From the NCBI GenBank assembly GCA_037045355.1, contig JBAOHO010000012.1, positions 303,071 to 367,070 of the forward strand: 64,000 nt of DNA. Direction: 5' to 3'. Positions 61,108-64,000 of this stretch are shown here, piece by piece. A program made the translations under genes and the position numbers. The notes beneath the pieces were generated by a model. It was not told where the DNA came from, did no database searches, and saw only the letters and a list, made by a program, of their open reading frames with translations. This DNA comes from Candidatus Nanopelagicales bacterium (GTDB lineage Bacteria > Actinomycetota > Actinomycetes > S36-B12 > GCA-2699445). How positions within the stretch are numbered: the first letter of the stretch is position 1; each line of letters starts with the position of its first letter.

Positions 61108-62280
61108 TCAGTCGCCGGCGAGGATCACGCAGTTGCGCCCAGCGTGTTTGGCCTCGTAGAGGGCGGCGTCCGCACGGCGGATCAGTTCGCGTGGTGTGTC
61201 GTGTCTTTGAGGGCGCACTTTCGCCACTCCGATCGAGACGGTGGCCGAGATCTGACGGTCCTCGTCGCCGAATCGCAGGACCTCAACTGTCGCTCGCAAT
61301 CGCTGAGCCAGACCGACGGCTTCCGAGCGGTCGGCCACCTCCGCGACGACCAGGAACTCCTCCCCGCCGTAGCGACCGATTTCGTCTCCGGCGCGCAGCA
61401 CCCCTTGAATCGTGACGGCAACCCCGCGAAGTACTTCATCACCTACTTGATGACCGTACGTGTCGTTGACGGACTTGAAGTGATCGATGTCAATCATGGC
61501 CACCGCCAGTGCACGCCGTTGCCGGGCCGCTTGTTTGAGTCGGGTGTCCAGGTGAGCCAAGATCGCGGCGCGGTTCCAGATCCCCGTCAGATCATCGTGA
61601 GTGGCACGTTCCTTGAGCAGGTCCCGAGCCTCGGTGAGTTCTTGGTTGAGCAGCGCGAGCTCTTCGTACAGTCGGCTCTTCTCCACGAGGATCGACACCA
61701 CCGAAGCCAGGCGCAGGAATGCCTCCTCATGCGTCGCGTCGTAGGTTCGAGGTTCGAGGCTTGAAAAGAAGAGGACCCCCACCGGGATTCCATTGGCGAT
61801 CAGGGGACAGGTGAGACTGGAGCGGATCCCTTCGGCGATGATCAACCGGGTCGACTTCGAATCCGGATGTAACCGGAAGTACGCGGCGAGATCGTCGATG
61901 ATGCGCGGCTCGCCACTCGTCAGAACCTGCTCCAGCGAACTACCGGCCACGTGAGCGGCGAACCCCGGCTTCAAACGCAACTGCAGATCATCCGAACGCC
62001 CCCACCGAGCCACGAGTTGGGTTCGGTCGTGGTTCAACAGGGCGCAACCCATGCGGTCGTACGGGATCAAGGTGTGGAATGACTCGAAGATCTCGTCGAG
62101 AACTTCCTCCAGGTACAGGCCTTGCACGATTGTCTCGAAGATGTGGGCGAGGCGTCGCTCCCGTTCGTAGTCCTCCGCGATGCGCAACTGCAGTTCCGCC
62201 ATCGACAACTCGACTCCGGCCACGTCCGGCTCGTGCGGTTGTCCGCTGCCGGAATCCGGCTCGTGCGGCGTGCTGGTCAC
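61108..62280 (-). CDS. GAF-domain diguanylate cyclase
   Basis: GAF-like region (..MGCALLNHDRTQLVARWG..GVLFFSS), coiled linker, GGDEF (DHFKSVNDTYGH, RYGGEEFLVVA). Confidence 0.9.
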   Translation of the reverse strand: MTSTPHEPDSGSGQPHEPDVAGVELSMAELQLRIAEDYERERRLAHIFETIVQGLYLEEVLDEIFESFHTLIPYDRMGCALLNHDRTQLVARWGRSDDLQLRLKPGFAAHVAGSSLEQVLTSGEPRIIDDLAAYFRLHPDSKSTRLIIAEGIRSSLTCPLIANGIPVGVLFFSSLEPRTYDATHEEAFLRLASVVSILVEKSRLYEELALLNQELTEARDLLKERATHDDLTGIWNRAAILAHLDTRLKQAARQRRALAVAMIDIDHFKSVNDTYGHQVGDEVLRGVAVTIQGVLRAGDEIGRYGGEEFLVVAEVADRSEAVGLAQRLRATVEVLRFGDEDRQISATVSIGVAKVRPQRHDTPRELIRRADAALYEAKHAGRNCVILAGD

Positions 62281-62365
62281 TTCGTCACGATATCCACATG
62301 GAGCAGATCCACTCGGATCAGAGCCACTCGGCAGGATCGAGATCCACCCAGATCAGATCCACCGG

Positions 62366-64000
62366 CTAATTCGGATGCCTGCCGGCGTCAGGCGGCACGG
62401 GTTCGGGCTGGGGACGGCCGAACAGGTAACCCTGGAGCAGGTCACAGCCCAAGTCGATGAGAAGAGCCTTCTCCTCTTCACGCTCGACGCCCTCTGCCAC
62501 CACCTCCAACCCCAGCGCATGACCCATCTCGACGGCGGCGCGCACGATGGCGTGGCCCGGGGAAGTGGGGTCGTCCATGCCCGCGACGAATCCCTGGTCG
62601 ATCTTGATGGCATCGACCGGCAAGGCGATCAGCGAACCAAGTGAGCTTTGCCCGGTCCCGAAGTCATCCAACGCAACACCCACACCCAAGTCCTTCAGCG
62701 CGCCCAGAGTTGCCCGAGCTTGATCGAAGTCATGGAACAAGGTGGTCTCGGTGATCTCGATCGTCACTCGACTCGAGTCGATTGCATAATCCCTCAAGGT
62801 CTGGTCCAGCCGACCAGGCAGATCCTCTGCCGCGAACTGGCGTCGGGACAGGTTCAGCCAGAGTGCGACTTCCTGTAGTTCCGGTCTATCGGACAACCAC
62901 CGACAGCCGATGTCGATGAGTTGGTAGCCCAGCGGAATGATGGCGCCCGTGGCTTCCGCGGCTTCGAGGAACTCGACCGGACTCCGTAGCCCGGCGCCCT
63001 GCTGCCACCGCACGAGAGCCTCGTAGGCGACCACGCTGCCATCGCGGGAGGATACGAGCGGTTGGTAGTGCAGGAGGAACTCGTTGCGTTCGATCCCGCG
63101 GTGCAGTCGGCGAGTCTCGGTGGCGAGGCCGGATTGCCGCGGCTGCATCCCCACTCGGAATCGCTCTGCGTGGCCCCCACCGTGCGCTCGAGCCGCTTCC
63201 ATGGCGGCTTCGGCCCGCCACAGCAACTCATCCCCCGTGAGTCCGTCCTGAGGGAACCGCGCCACTCCACAGCTGCCGCTGACCCGGATGTCCTCACCAG
63301 CAAGAACTATCGGCTGAGCGACAAGCGTGAGGATAGTGCCCGCCAAGCGCAGGTCGTCCTCCGGTTCCGGCGCCGAGTCTGGGCCGATGACCACACCGAA
63401 CTCGTCGGAGCCCAAGCGTCCCACGGTGCTGCCGGCGGGACTGGCACTGCGCAGTCGTTCCGCCACTTCGCGCAGCACTTGGTCGCCCAGAGTCTGACCG
63501 TACTGCTCATTCAGCTGACGGAATCCATCGAGGTCGATGAAGAGCAGCGAGCCAGGCGCGCGAGCAGTTGCTGTCGTCAAGTAGTCGTCGAGGACTCGAC
63601 TGAGTTCACCGCGGTTGGCCAAAGTCGTCAGGGGGTCGACTCTGCCGGCATTGGCCAGTTGGGTCTGGATGTCCTTGCGGTCGGTGATGTCGACAAACGT
63701 CATCACCACGGCCTGGGGAGAGTCCGTCCCCCGCGTGACCGGGGCCATTGAGACATCGACCCAGATGGTGGAGCCGTCGGGTCGCAGCCACTCACTTTCG
63801 TAGTGGTAACTCGCTGCGCCCTCGACCACCGACTGGAAGGCTGTCAGTGAGTCCTCACCTGCCTCGATCCGAAGCAGCGATCGCACGTCTCGTCCGACGA
63901 CTGAATCGGCCGACATCCCCGTGATGCGCTCGGCGGCGCGGTTCCATGATTCGACCACCCCGGTCAGCGAAACGCTCGCGACTCCGGAGTGGGCTGCCTC
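62366..64000 (-). CDS. PAS / degenerate-GGDEF / EAL c-di-GMP phosphodiesterase, 5' end beyond the window
   Basis: Frame stays open to base 64000. PAS (WNRAAERITG). GGDEF site reads RLGSDEFGVVI. EAL domain with YQPLV..YEALVRW, DDFGTGQSSL, KIDQGFV, EGVE. Confidence 0.9.
   Translation of the reverse strand, partial: EAAHSGVASVSLTGVVESWNRAAERITGMSADSVVGRDVRSLLRIEAGEDSLTAFQSVVEGAASYHYESEWLRPDGSTIWVDVSMAPVTRGTDSPQAVVMTFVDITDRKDIQTQLANAGRVDPLTTLANRGELSRVLDDYLTTATARAPGSLLFIDLDGFRQLNEQYGQTLGDQVLREVAERLRSASPAGSTVGRLGSDEFGVVIGPDSAPEPEDDLRLAGTILTLVAQPIVLAGEDIRVSGSCGVARFPQDGLTGDELLWRAEAAMEAARAHGGGHAERFRVGMQPRQSGLATETRRLHRGIERNEFLLHYQPLVSSRDGSVVAYEALVRWQQGAGLRSPVEFLEAAEATGAIIPLGYQLIDIGCRWLSDRPELQEVALWLNLSRRQFAAEDLPGRLDQTLRDYAIDSSRVTIEITETTLFHDFDQARATLGALKDLGVGVALDDFGTGQSSLGSLIALPVDAIKIDQGFVAGMDDPTSPGHAIVRAAVEMGHALGLEVVAEGVEREEEKALLIDLGCDLLQGYLFGRPQPEPVPPDAGRHPN

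Overview
High-GC actinobacterial chromosome segment that starts inside gyrB, in the conserved origin-proximal core region. Bases 1-16.3 kb are syntenic housekeeping: gyrB, gyrA, a DUF3566 protein, tRNA-Ile, a DLW-39-like protein, tRNA-Ala, ppiA, a rhomboid protease, an EamA transporter, crgA, trpG/pabA, then the pknB-pbpA-rodA-pstP-fhaB-fhaA cell-wall/division operon. Bases 16.5-24.6 kb hold a type IV pilus-like locus (pilin, pilT, pilB, pilC, two minor pilins, a large unknown protein). Only the two ATPases have intact reading frames there; every structural gene changes frame. Two PAS-GGDEF proteins follow. The rest is a mixed accessory and metabolic region:
- a benzoylformate-decarboxylase-like ThDP enzyme
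- a Phd/HicB-like plus HicA-like toxin-antitoxin pair beside tRNA-Leu
- a GPH transporter, PPK2 and a GH76-like protein
- a FadE-type acyl-CoA dehydrogenase, apparently frameshifted
- an LLM oxidoreductase and an alpha/beta hydrolase
- a single-chain ECF sigma / ZAS anti-sigma fusion next to DUF2892 and a lipoprotein rhodanese
- AlkA-like, yaaA, cysD-cysNC and an LMW-PTP-like protein
- a tightly packed minus-strand cluster: GGDEF protein, S8 protease, histidine kinase, receiver, CoA-transferase, Nei
- three further genes, then two more c-di-GMP enzymes

The observations I rate most worth follow-up are:
- the decayed pilus locus, whose retained PilB carries an MshEN-type c-di-GMP motif
- a C-terminal array of 15 GRRWAxxxWx decapeptides on the secreted S8 protease
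- a cluster of DnaA-box-like sites between crgA and the EamA gene
- the sigma/ZAS fusion
- several short tandem DNA repeats in promoter-proximal positions

I saw no CRISPR array, rRNA, transposase or integrase. All calls come from reading the sequence and the ORF track; no database search or computation was run. Many long ORFs in the track are GC-driven shadow frames and were not annotated.
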